Of a stretch of DNA of 64,000 nt, positions 51,370 to 64,000 are shown piece by piece. Source of the DNA: Mobula hypostoma (taxonomy: Eukaryota); NCBI RefSeq assembly GCF_963921235.1, contig NC_086097.1:216692001-216756000 (forward strand). The letters are read 5' to 3'. Position numbers and translations under genes: made by a program. Within the stretch, counting starts at the first letter, position 1. Every line of letters starts with the position of its first letter. The notes beneath the pieces were generated by a model. The model was not told the origin of the DNA. It saw only the letters and a list, made by a program, of their open reading frames with translations, and made no database searches.

Positions 51370-52740
51370 ACCATAAATCCAGAATGGTTGGGAACTGTGT
51401 AGTGCCAGTTTACTGATTTTGCTGAATCACAGGTAGCTAGGTTAGGATTAAATAAATAAACACCTCTAACCCACTTGATGATCACCTCAGCCTAGAATAA
51501 TCCTTTTTCATTAGCACAGTAAATTACTGGAAACTGCTTCATACCTTTGAAAGCTCGGGGATGTAAACTTACATTTGTGGGTTCCTACAGCGTTACAGCA
51601 GCCCAACACAATGACATGATTTTTGATGCTTTATAACTTGTTGGTGATTCAGCATCCTCTATAGCCACTGTTCGTCCTGGAGCATAATGCCAATAAAGCA
51701 GTTTCATCCACATTGTAGACCTGCTCGGGACTTAAATTTTCATCAGAAACTAACTTAGCAAACTCAAACTCAGCAGCTGCTTCCTCGGTCTGCTGACCAT
51801 TTTTCCACCACACACTGCACAAAATGTTTTGCCATGCCTCTGCTAGAATCGCTGAAGCCATCCCTCACTGTAATTGCACTCATAATCCAGTCCTAATTCT
51901 TCATGAAATAATTTCACTTGTTCTTTCACCACTTCTCCTGACAGTTCTACACCTTTGCTGATGCAACGTGTTTACATGAGAACTTCATCTCATTTTTTCA
52001 TTAATTAAGTGCAATCGTGAACAATAGCCAGATCAGAAATGCTGATCAAGTCAACTAGTTCCCAAAGAGAACTCTGATAGGCCAATCAGATGGTTCACTG
52101 CTGCTCAGCGATAGAACACAAAAAAAAACTCATATGTACAATTAAGAAATACTGAAGAATAGTAGAAATACTGGAGTCATGATGATCATGATGAAGTCTG
52201 CTGGAGAGAGACATTTATACGCATGCTGTACTCCATAATTCAAAGAGATTGAAGGATAAGGTAGCAGGGTGACAAAACATGGCAGGAGCACTTGGAACTA
52301 AAAACTAATCCCTACCAGGAGAAAACAACACCTGTTCTTTCCACACTGTTCTCCAGCAGTTTAAGGACTAAGTCCAGCCGGAACATAACTCACAAGTGCT
52401 CTTGAAAGTCAGGTATTAACCCTACCTACCAACAACCAAGCATTGCCATCCTGGTCCCCTTCATGATAGCTTATGAAGAAGCATGTGACTTCCCTCCCAG
52501 AGATGATAGGTGTTTGTGCGCTCGACTCCTGAATATCTTCCATCTTGCATTGTTTTCCTTATGCACATCTGTTTGTCTGATTCACTGTCAGCAAAAAACT
52601 GGAACAACTTTTCTTCTTGTTTCTTGATATCATAAACAGTGGAAGAGCCAACGCTTTTCACATACACACGACTGTCGAGGTTTTTTTCCAGAACCTCCAC
52701 CTTTATCTTGTATAGGTAACATATGCTGTTTGCGCTTTAC
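51370..52740 (-). mobile_element. Old Jerky/Tigger-like transposase fragments with an unrelated insert at about 51960-52510
   Basis: VGSSTVYDIKKQEEKL (HTH) and ENLSPEQVYNVDETAL (DDE). Confidence 0.7.
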
Positions 52741-53601
52741 ACCATGAGAAGCAATGGAGACATGACTGGGGCTAGATAAGCACAGGTTATAAAAATAAAT
52801 GCAGAATAACAGAGGAACAACTTGCTTCTTTTAAAGACCATGCCAACAACTAATTCTGCTAATGGTGTCACCAAAACAATGGTGATGGGTTGGCATGGCG
52901 ACATGGGAAATTTGAAATTAGGCTGGCGGAAATTATGTCTGAACGAGTGGTGGAACCGGATTACTGATTGCCTGGAATTTGAATTTGAATGTAGTGAGTG
53001 CCTTGATAGAGAAAAAAAAACACTCCACAATTTAAGCATTCATGAAGGTGCTAGTAATATTGTAGCACGGATAGAACTAGTTAATGGATCAAAAACAGAG
53101 TTGGATTAAATTAATCATTTTCAGGCCAGAACTAACAGGATACCGCTATCAGTAGTCAAGTCTACCTGCCTTTTGCCTACATCCTTTTTAAGCAATGGTC
53201 TAACATCCACTATCTTGCAATCTGCCCAATTGAGTACAGAGAATTTAGCCAAATTATCACAAGTGTGTCTACTCTAACTGCCACAATTTCTTTCAGTATC
53301 CCAGATGCATCACATCAGGACCAGGGGACTTGTCAACCTTTTAGCTTATTAGTTTGCTCATTGTACTTCTTTACTGTAGGTCCTCACCTCCCATCACGTT
53401 CATAGCATCTCTGACATGCCTTCCACCAAGAACACCGAAACATAATAGACACTCAAGGCCTCAGTCACTTCCACTTTACCCAATACTAATTCCCCCTTCT
53501 ATCCTCCAAGGGACTTGCATTCACTTTAGCTACCTTTTTCTGCTTTATCATAAAAATATTTTACTGTTTTTAATACTCTGTGCTAGTTTACTATAATAAA
53601 C

Positions 53602-54800
53602 CAGGGGTCCCCAACCTTTTTTGCATTGTGGACCGGTTTAATATTGACAATATTCTTGCGGACCAGCCGACCGGGGGGGGTGGGGGTAGGGTTGCCAACG
53701 GACAAGAGTAGCTGTCAAATGCGTTGTTTAACCAGAAAGACTACAATGGCCATGAAGCCTTGCGTGGGCACCAGTGCGCATGCGCGTCGTGACCTGCCGA
53801 TTCCCACCACCCCCCCGCCCCCAGCAAATCCTTTTTGGCAATTCTGTTCGTGGGGGTGGATGTTAATCACTACTGGAATATAGGCGATAAGTGGGTAATA
53901 CACTCAATTTTGTTTCTAAAAGGGTTTCTCTAACGAATTTAATATTAAACACAGCGCATATTTTCCTCGCATGAATACAGTGATAAGTCAATTATCAGGG
54001 GAGGACAGGGGAGCTTGAAGTGTTGAACGAACTTCCAGCAGAAGTGGTAGAGGCAGGTTAAAATATTATCATTTAAAGAAAAATTGGATAGGTATATGGA
54101 CAGGAAAGGAATGGGCTGTGGGCAGGTCGGCGGGACTAGATGAGAGTAGCGTTCGGCACGGACTAGAAGGGCCGAGATAGCCTGTTTCCGTGCTGTAATT
54201 GTTATAGGGTCACTTATAAGTCAAAAGCATCATAACATTTTAAGTAACATTTGGATATTAAACACACAGCACATATTTTCCCCATATAAATATATAAAAT
54301 CATCGCAACACACCAATATCGCTGAATCAGTGGGAGCCCTGGGCTTGATTTCTTGCAACAACACAGTCCTATTGAGGGGTGATGGGAGACAGTGATACTC
54401 GAAGGGGGTTCCTGATGTCCAGTCTATTCCGCAATTTAGTTTTCGTTGCATTCATTGCAGAAAACTCCGCTTCGCAGAAAAATGTTGGAAATGAAAGCAA
54501 CGTTTTCAGTGCTTTCGTAGCTATCTCAGGATATTTAGCCTTGACTTTGATCCAAAATGCCGACAGAGATATTATGTCAAACACACTTTTCACCCCATCG
54601 TCATTTACAAGCTCGAGGAGTTGATCTCCTTCCCGCCCTGACACAGATGACGCGGGGGTCACGACCTCGCATGCGTAATGGCTGATCAGTGGCCGTGACA
54701 GGGAATGAGGAAAGGTGCAGTTGACTCATATCGCCAAATCATATCGCTTCCTCACGGCCCAGTAGTGCATGCTCTGCAGCCCAGTAGTTGGGGACCGCTG
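53602..54800 (-). mobile_element. Non-autonomous hAT/Charlie element
   Basis: caggggtccccaac ... gttggggaccgctg TIRs. Perfect TSD taataaac (53594-53601, 54801-54808). Transposase C-terminus FWIKVKAKYPEIATKALKTLL.FPT..CEAEFS...KTKLRNRLD. Confidence 0.92.
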
Positions 54801-56319
54801 TAATAAACTATCAAAATGTTCTTTTATTGCTTTACAGTTTTTCCAATCTTGCAGTTTGCCACTACTTTGTAATTATTGACTGAGTTTGTATGCCTAAGCT
54901 TTTAGTTTGATGCCTTCTTTTATTTCCTAGTTATCCTAAACCGACTTTTCACTTTACTTACTGTCTTTGCTTTAAACTGAAATTTGTTTAACTGTGAAAA
55001 ATTTCTTTGAAAGTCTTTCACTATTCCTCAAATGTCCCACCATATAGTCTATGCTAGCGAGCTCCTCCCTTATTCCTCCCTCGTAGGTTCACTGATATGC
55101 TGTTCAAGGAAGCTTCCTGCATTTGTACAGTTTCAAAATTTCAATTACCATTTGCTACCAATTTCCACCCTCATTTTTATATAATCCATATCCAATTCTT
55201 CCTTTTATTTTTCTGATGTATATATCAAGTGAAATATTTATGACATCTCAGATGACAATTTTAACTTCCAATCCCACAGCAATCTCAACTATCAAACCTT
55301 CAACCTGAAACACCAATTCTGCTTCTCCTTCCACAGATGCAGCCTGATTTACTGGGTACATCTAGCATTTTTATCATTGTTTTAGAATTTCCACCACCTG
55401 CAGTTTTTTTGTTTTTCATTTGAATCCACAATCCAATTAGATTTGGCATACTTAAAGAGAGAATATGCATTTAGATTTAGTTCAAAATTGGGTAGACCAC
55501 AACAGGATTTAGTAAAAAGTAGCTTGAGATGGCTATTTAAAGATAAAATCATGTCAGACAGCAAGAGACATTCCAGAGGGATATAGTAATGGTCCAGATA
55601 AGTAATTTCTAAAACTGGGGAACTTTTCACCCCCAAATGTGAAGGTATACAAAGGGTAGGGTAAAACAGGACAGAAGCAATTCACAAGTACAAAAAGAAT
55701 GTGGAAAGCCTATTCTAGTTTAAAACGTAGTATGACAATGAAATTGCATAGAAAAGTGCATTAAAACAATAGGATGTTTAATAAATATAAGGAAGAAAGC
55801 AAGAATGAAAAATTTTAAGAACTCAAAACAATAAGTGGGGGGTAGAAGATATGTATGAGTTTAAATGAATACTCTGGAAGATACTGGTATTTTAGAGAAA
55901 GAATGGGTAACATTTATAAAACAAACTGTCAAATTATGGCATATTAAGCATCCGTAGCAATTTATCCAATTTTATAGCTTTGTCTGAATAAAGTGTATCC
56001 AAAGTCCTTTAAAATAAACTTTAAGGCTCTGACAACAATTTTCCAAATTCAGTTCAGCAGGTGTATTGTCAAGGAACTAGAAGATTGCAAATATTTAAAA
56101 GAATGGAAAGGCATACAATGAGCATACACTAAATTACTGTTCATTCAGCCTAACATTGCAATAGGACAGTTATTATGAAAAAAAGCTGAGGGACAATATA
56201 AATCAACATTCAGAAAGGCCAATTATTAAGAGATTTGTTAACCCAAGGTTACTGACCAATTTATTTTGAGGTAGTAACAACCTGTGTACATCTGATGAAA
56301 GCTATATGGATTTTAATAA

Positions 56320-56579
56320 CGCAAACAACAGGAATTCTGCAGATGCTGGAAATTCAAGCAACACACATAAAAGTTGCTGGTGAACGCAGCAGGCCAAGCA
56401 GCATCTCTAGGAAAAGGTGCAGTCGACGTTTCAGGCCGAGACCCTTCGTGACGAAGGGTCTCGGCCTGAAACGTCGACTGCACCTTTTCCTAGAGATGCC
56501 AAGGGTCTCGGCCTGAAACGTCGACTACACCTTTTCCTAGAGATGCTGCTTGGCCTGCTGCGTTCACCAGCAACTTTTA
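56320..56579. mobile_element. Fold-back insertion composed only of Penelope tail/hammerhead sequence
   Basis: Perfect 49-bp inverted arms around g56450, a 46-bp tandem duplication, and flanking direct repeat atatggattttaataa / atgtggattttaataa. Confidence 0.85.
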
Positions 56580-56859
56580 ATGTGGATTTTAATAATGTTA
56601 TTGATCAAGAGCCAACAAGATCCAAGGAGAAACTGATTAAAAACAGAAAGCAATAAAAAAAAAACTCAACAAGTTAAGCAAAACTGGAAAGAGAACTAGT
56701 GAGCATTTCAGATCTGTGATTTCAGGAAACTGACAAACTGGATTCAAAATCAGCTTGTGGGAGAAATGCGTACGAGGCAATAAAAAACAAAGTTTTCACA
56801 TTGGCAACTGGTTTGAATTGGTGGCCTCCCCACCATCTCCAGCTCTGATCCCAGCCCCA

Positions 56860-59195
56860 GCCGCCTCCAATTCCCGCTCCGAGCGCAGCCCCAAGGAACT
56901 CCAGGCCAAGATCTTTCTTACTGCCATTGTGTCCTACATCTCATTTTCTTCCATCACTATTTACCACTAACCCCTCTTCCCTTCGCCTCCCCCCCTTCAT
57001 TCCTCTGAGCTGCCATACTCCTCCTACACCACTTTCCCTGAATACTCCAACCCTCCCCTCTAGCCTCTACCATACCCTGATCGCAGCTCTAATCCCTGCT
57101 GCATCTTCATGATTTTCTTCCATCTTCCCCTCAGAGGCAGAAAGCTTTTCCCCAAGCAAGGGCCTTCCCTTTGTTCTCCTGCACCTACACCTTAATGAAT
57201 TACACATCTACCATGACCCCGAGCTCCTCTTCTGTTGCCTCTATCTCAGAGCCCACTTCTTTGGAAAGGATACCCCACCCCCACTGATGTCCCTTTCTCT
57301 TATCTTCAACCTGCTTCTTCTTGGACACACCACTCCAGTCTTCTGCCCACTTTGGATCTTTTTATCTAACTGTTGTTGAGACATTAAACATCTCAACTTT
57401 ACCACTCCTCTGTTTTATTTGAATCTCACTTCCTCTGAATGCACTGCCCTCCACTCCCTCTACACCAATCACAACCTCACCATCAAATCTGATAACAAGA
57501 GGGATGTTGTTCTGGTATAGCAGAACGACATCTACATTGCTGAGGCAAGACAGCAACCCTCAACATACTACTTTTTACCCCTTGAATAGGATACCAGTAA
57601 GAAGCATCAGGCTACTGTCCCCTGTACCATCACCAAACTCACCACTTCTGGAGATCTCCCATCCACTGCCACCAACCTTATAGTTCCCATATCCCACACT
57701 GCTCACTTCTACCTCCTAATCCCTCCTGGCACTTATCCTTACAAGTGTGACAAGTGCTACATCTGCCCTTACAACTCCTCCTTGAACACCATTCAGGGCT
57801 TCAAAGTATCCTTTCAGGTAAGGCAACACTTCACCTGCGAGTCTGTCAAGTCAAGTAGTCTATTGTGATTTAACTATATACATAACTATAAAATGTACAT
57901 AACTATAAAATGTATAGAGAAGCAAGACAATGTTTCTCTGAACCTTGGTGTAAAGCATAGTAGTACACATAACGAACGTAAATTATGAAGACAAGGATAA
58001 AATCCACAGATGAATCACACATAAATAACAAATTTATATTAAATTATGTAAGGTATGTAACAGATTAACCAGTTACACTTCAAATATGAAGCAGTAGGGA
58101 GTTCAGAAATCTTACAGCCTGGAGTAAGAAACTTTCTCATCCTGACTGTTCTTGTTCTTATGCATCATTGTCTCCTGCCTGATGGTAGAAAGTCAAAGAG
58201 GATGTTGGATGGTTGGATGGGATCCCTAATATTGAGGGCCCTGCATATGCAGCACTCCTGATAAATGTCCCCGATGGATGGTAGGAAGACTCCTATGATC
58301 CTCTCAGCTGTTCTCACAGTCCTTTGTAGGACTGCTCCCATACCAGCAGGAAATGCAACGTGTCAGGATGTTCTTGACGGTGCTCCTGTAAAACGCAGTT
58401 AATATGGGGGGGGGGGGGCGTGCTGTGCCTTCTTGTTCAGTAGGTGATATTAATAGACATCACCTTCCTGCCACAGTCAGTCATAGATGTCACTGTCAGA
58501 GTAATCTATTGCGTCCGGTGTAGCCCCCGCTACAATTATGAGACCAAACGGAGATTGGAGGACTGCTTTGTTCAGCACCTTTGCTCGTCTGTCACAAAGA
58601 TTCAAGATCCTGCATTAGCCACCTACTTCAATTCAACTTCCCATTCTGCCATGTCCTCCTCTACTGCCACGATGAGGCCATACTCAGTTCCAAGGAGCAA
58701 CGTCTCATATTCCATCTACATGGCCTCCAATCTGATGGCATGAGCATAGATTTGCCTAATTTCTGGTTAACTCTTATTCGCCCCCACCCCCGCTCACTTT
58801 CTCCACTCCCCATTCTGGTTCCCCATTGACCCCTTCTCTTCTATTCATTTGCCTATCTCCTCCATCTGGTGCCTTTCCTCCTTTCTTCCATGGACCACTG
58901 TTATCTATTAGATTCCTCCTTCAGCCATTCACCTCTTCCACCTATCACCTCCCATCTTCACACTCCTCCCCACCCACCATCCCCCACATCACCTGCTCTC
59001 AGCTATCACCCTCCATCTTGTACTCAATCCCTTTCCCCCACCTTATTCTAGTTTCTGCCTCTTCCTTTCCAATCCTGATGAAGTGTCTTGACCTGCAACA
59101 TCAACCATTTATTTTTCTTCATAGATGCTGCCTGACTTGTCAAGTTCCTCCAGCATTTTGTGTGCTGCTCAAAATTTCCAGCATCTGTAGGATCT
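56860..59195 (+). mobile_element. Old Penelope-like element with large internal deletions
   Basis: PLE N-terminal/RT-flank remnants, a GIY-YIG region split at 57848/58493, and the tail ending ccagcatctgtag. Confidence 0.75.
57849..58492 (-). mobile_element. Rex1/Babar-like 3' fragment inserted in Penelope EN
   Basis: TSD ctgtca (57843-57848, 58493-58498). HPLFDFLPSGR-like motif. Confidence 0.75.
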
Positions 59196-59393
59196 GTGTT
59201 TATGGTTTTAATATGCCTAGCTGTCTTGCTTTTCATGGAATTTATCAATATTTAGATCCAAATGCTTATGATCAAGCTTGTAGATAATATGCTCCAATCT
59301 ATTACTGCTAAGAATGTCATGCATGTTTTACTGATGATTTCAACACACAAAACCAGCTCTACTACTATTCTAGTAATCCATGATGTCATCATA

Positions 59394-60056
59394 TTAGATT
59401 ATGAGAACACTCAGTCCTCTTTTATTGTCATTTAGAAATGCATACATGCATTAAGAAATGATACAATGTTTCTCCGGAGTGATATTACAGAAAACAGGAC
59501 AAACCAAAGACCAACACTGACAGAACCACATCATTATAACATACAGTTACAGCAGTGCAAAGCAATACCATAATTTGATGAAGAACAAACCATGGGCACA
59601 GTAAATAAAGTCTCAAAAGTCCCCGAGGCGATCAACTCCCGAGTCCCCGATAGCAGGCGGCAAAAGGGAAAAACTCCCTGCCATAAACCTCCAGGCACCG
59701 TCAACTTGCCAATGCCTTGGAAGCAGCCAAACACAGCCGACACCAAGTCCATCCATCCGAAAACTTTGAGCTTCTGACCAGCCTCTCCGATACAGCCTCC
59801 TGAGCGCCATCCTCTGCCAAGCGCCTTCGACCTCACCCCGGCCGCTGAAACACGCAAAGCCGAGGATTTCGGGACCTTCTGCTCCGGAGATTCCAGTTAC
59901 CACACAGTAGCAGCAGCAGCGAAGTACGCATTTCAGAAGTTTTCCAGATGTTCCTCCGTACTCTCACGCCCGTCTCCATCAAATCAGAATTGTGCACGGT
60001 CCCCTACTTGACAGAAAACAGACATCACCACTGAAGTGGCCGCGCATGCTGCCGCA
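59394..60056 (-). mobile_element. ~650-bp non-coding LINE-dependent short element, copy 3
   Basis: Homologous ends to copies 1 and 2. Confidence 0.72.
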
Positions 60057-60269
60057 TTTACAGAATGAAACAGCAAGAATGTCTTGCACCACCACAGTTA
60101 TGGGGTACATATTGCTCTTAATATTTTGTTTCTTTTTTGCAAGTATCCTACATAGTCTTATTAATCATCTCATTGTCCTATCCTGCAAACTTCAGAATCT
60201 ATGGATACAGCAGCAACATGATTTATGCAAGGAAGGAGGTTGCAAACTATAGATGATATACCACACTAT

Positions 60270-60930
60270 CTGCAAGCGTGTGATTAAGCATTGCTCCAAC
60301 ACCATCTACAAAATTTGCTAATGACACCACTCTTGCTGGCAGAATCACAGTGATACAGGAAAGAGATAAATCAGCTGCTTCGTGGTATCATAATATTGAG
60401 CTCAACATTAGCAAAACTAAGGAACTGATAGTGGACATTACAAAGAGGAGGTCAGGTGAACGAACACCGATTTTCAGACTGAATATTTTTACGTTTTTGG
60501 ATGACAATACCTCAGATGATCTGCCCGAGGCTCAGCACACATATGCAACCATTAAAATGGTGCGCTAGAATCTAAGGAGACTTGGCATGTTACTGAAGAC
60601 CAACAAACATCTACCAATGTAGAGTAGAAAGCATTCCAACTGAATGCATCATGGCCTGGCATGGAAACTCCAATGCATAGGTACGCAAGAGGTTACAGAG
60701 AGGGGTAGACTCACTCAGCCAGTTTCATCGGGTATAGCACTCACCACCACTAAGGGAATTTGCAAACACTTGATGTCTCAGGAAGACTACATCCATCATT
60801 AAGGATGCCTACCATAGGGGCCACACTCTTTTCATTCCTGCCTAGATAGCAGCAGATATAGGAACCTGAAAACTCACACCTCACCCTTCAATACACCTTC
60901 CTCACTGTCATCAGGTCTTTGAGCCAAGCT
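60270..60930 (+). mobile_element. Rex1/Babar-like LINE 3' fragment
   Basis: KFANDTTL; LNISKTKELIVD. Confidence 0.7.
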
Positions 60931-61734
60931 GAAAAAGCCTATTTCTACCTCAGACTAAATTCTTCTATTGCACTAGTGTCCCATTTGTTTTGTCGTGGAA
61001 GTTCTCTGTAATTAATGCAAATTAACTTAAGCAATTTAAGTTTGCCATATTTGTAATAAGTTATGCTAAATTAAATTATAAATTCAATTTTTTGGCATTT
61101 ATTCCATGGGTTTGTATGACCATGACAATAAGCTTGAACTTAAATAATTGGGTGGACATCTAAAGCAAAAAATGGAACTTAATTAAAAAAAGACAAGCAT
61201 TTAGGAAATATGGAAATACATAATAAATGGCAAGAAGCAAAATTGTAAAGACTTGGGTGCCGCATTCACAGATCCCAGAAGGTAACAGGACATGAAGATG
61301 TAGGATATTTGACAAGACAAAAACGTAGAAAACAAGACCAGCAAGTCATGTTATGTTATGACAGTAGAAACTTAACTAGATGTTGAATTATGAGAAGGTT
61401 TGTTTTCCTTAGATTGGAAGTTAAGAGAGATCCAGATTGAAGAGTACAAACACAAATAGATAAGAAACTTTTCCTTATGGAAGAAGCATCTAAAACCACA
61501 GGACACATTTAAAAGGTGCGGTATTGAAGATTCAAAAGAGGTCAAGGAGAGAATATCTCCTTCCTCCCAAGACATTTGACATACTGTAGCCAACCCTGTC
61601 AGATGGAACAGTGGTTTGAGGAAACTTGGTATGTCAGTAAAAATTCTCACAAATTTCTACAAACATATCGTGGAGAGCACTCTAACTGGTTGCATCACTG
61701 TCTGGTATGGTGGGCCCAGTGCACAGGATCTGCC

Positions 61735-61900
61735 ACCTAATCAGGGTCATGTGAAGCCATGCGAGTAGGTGGTGGATGGTTGTACGAGTTGACACTCCCA
61801 GAAGGCGGCAATGGCAAACCACATCTGTAGAGAAATTTGCCAAGAACAACCATGGTCAAGACCATGATCACCTATGTCATATGACATGACACATAATGAT
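61735..61900 (+). mobile_element. RTE-associated SINE-like tail
   Basis: ggcaatggcaaaccac...ttgccaagaacaacc motif typical of RTE-dependent SINEs. Confidence 0.5.
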
Positions 61901-62329
61901 AAAAAACTATAAATTATCATCATTATGTATTGCAATGTACTGCTGCTGCAAAACAAATTTCACAATTGCCAGTAATAATAAACCTAATTCTGAGATTCTA
62001 ACAAAAACTGTTAAGTAACTGTACAAGTATTTGAATTTTCAAGGGACAGAAGGCTACAAGCCAAGTACAAAATGAGATTAGTATAGCCTAGTGCATAAGT
62101 AGGTCAAAAAGCCTTTTGTGATGTTCAAAACCAATTATACAAAACCAATCAGTGAAATTAGTGAGAAAAATAGTTTCAAGGTGATTACAAAGCAATGCAA
62201 ATGCTGACAGTACACGTGTATTTGACTTCATTTTTACCCGAAATAAAAACTGACTAGTGCTGCACCAATTAGGTAGGATACATACAGCAAGGAAGCAGTG
62301 AGAAACAGTGAGCAATTCCATAACACAAT

Positions 62330-62690
62330 AAAACATAGTAGCGGAATTGGACCATTCAGCCCATCAAGTCTGCTCTGCCATTCCATCATGGCTGAATTAT
62401 TATCCCTCTCAACCCCATTCCCCTGCTTTCTCCCCTTAACCTTTAACCCACCTTACTAATCAAGAACCAATCAACCTCCACTTTAAATATACCCAATGAC
62501 TTGGCCTCCGCAACCATATGTGGCAATGAAATCCACAGATTCACCACCCTCTGGCTCAATAAACTCCTCCCCATTCTCTGTTCTAAAGTGATGTCCTTTT
62601 ATTCAGAGGCTGTGCCCTCTGGTCCCAGACTGCCTCACTATAGGAAACATTCTCTCCATGTCCACTATCTAGGCCTCTCAATATTTGATA
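62330..62690 (-). mobile_element. CR1 LINE 3' end
   Basis: Homologous to 24240-24600. Confidence 0.85.
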
Positions 62691-64000
62691 GGATTGAAGG
62701 AAAGCAGAATGAACTCCAAACTCTAATAGAATCCTTCCTAAAATGCTGAGCAAATAACTTGGGCACTCCTCCCCCAAACCTTGCCCTCATGATCAGTCAC
62801 GGACTGGATTCCAATTCCACCCCAAATGTATGGTTCAGACCTACCATAAACCCGCCCAACTTTCCCCAAAGACTCATCCGATACCATTACTCAGAGCAAA
62901 GGCTTCTCTTGTTTTCCCTACGCCATCACAAAATAGATCCTAGGTCCCATTCGAAAACACAATAAAACACAAACAAATAGCTCCATATGTTGCCACCCTG
63001 CACTGACATCATTCCTACACAATGGAATTTTTGGGCCTACATTGTGCTATACCACACAATTTATTCTGGATTAACAACATAAATTTGACCTAATGAAGCA
63101 TAATTTACATTTTGAATATATTTGTTATTGCAGTCACTACTGAGTAATACAAGCTGCAACCCAACACCAATTACAAGTAATTAACCAGGTGCGAGCCAGA
63201 GTAAACACCTGTTTCTGTCCAAAATACACAGAATGCAAAAACGGCAAAATGCCATATAGTACTGAGCTTATTAGTCTCAAACGGGACAGTGTTACAGGAA
63301 CTGCAGTGAACCCCGTGTTGATCTAAAAGAGGCAAAAAATATTGAAAAAGTTCTAGCTTCTGACATTACCCTTTTGCTGCAGTACTTGGAGGATATTTAG
63401 GTTTGATCTGTTAAGTATCAAATATCAGGCCAAGACTATTCACAAGAAAATGATGCTTGAAAGTAAAGAAAGGTAAGAATTTCATCATCAATATCCTGTG
63501 GTTCAACACTGACCAGAAATTGAACCCAACTGGTCACAAAGCTATTATGGCTACAAAGGTGGACCAGCGATTGGATATTCAGTGATGAGTTGATACTGAA
63601 TCATTCAAGTCTTACTACCATCTACAAATCAAAAGCAAAAAAGTACTTCCTTCGACATGCTTGGATAAGTATGATTCCAACAGCATGAAGCAATCTTAAC
63701 TCTATCCAGAACAATCTCTATCACTGGCATATCTTGGCTATAGCATTTACCATCAGAAAGGGTTGGGTGCATCAACTCACTAAGTTCTCTGGACATGCTG
63801 GCCCAGTACACTGCTGACAAGGCTATGTTCAGAGTTGACATATTATTAACTCCACTGAATTCACACACCACTTATACCCAAGTCTTCACCATTGTTGAAT
63901 CAAAGTTCATTGAATTCTCTGCAATGGAGCTTTGCAGGACAATTCTCAACACTGAGCAGTAAGCCTACTATTGTCTTTTCAGACACAGAGATATACAACA

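Noticed and set aside
56401..56546. Repeated palindromic units as a CRISPR-like array
   Set aside because: No unique spacers and no cas genes. The units are Penelope tail sequence.
57872..57916. Short tandem repeat (taactataaaatgtaca); also simple repeats at 19472-19510, 22868-22906 and 33188-33210
   Set aside because: Ordinary slippage repeats or LINE tail repeats with no sign of function.
63629..63871. 80-aa minus ORF as a host coding exon
   Set aside because: No recognisable domain, no clear splice boundaries, and neighbouring frames are closed.

Overview
Repeat-dominated vertebrate genomic DNA. The repeat repertoire suggests a cartilaginous fish such as a ray (inference, not verified). 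I found no intact, recognisable host protein-coding gene, tRNA, rRNA or CRISPR array. Most of the window is a layered fossil record of transposable elements, several with terminal repeats and target-site duplications (TSDs) still readable. DNA transposons: four hAT/Charlie-type elements, Tigger/pogo derivatives carrying a palindromic hAT-type MITE, an internally deleted Academ (AcademX-type: transposase C-half, XPG/PIN nuclease, Cys-rich tail), a Sola2-like element and a split Tc1. Retroelements: many Penelope-like elements with minimal hammerhead ribozyme motifs and inverted tails; CR1, Rex1/Babar-like, Tx1 and Hero-like LINE pieces; a bipartite RTE-derived short element; a solo LTR; and a degraded class I ERV with a tRNA-Ser-like PBS. 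The most noteworthy items are a ~260-bp fold-back insertion made only of the Penelope ribozyme tail, the AcademX remnant, a probable ~5-kb inversion breaking the Tc1, and candidate minus-strand exons of an unidentified transcript. I could not establish a truly undescribed system from sequence alone. Family assignments come from recalled motifs, not database searches.
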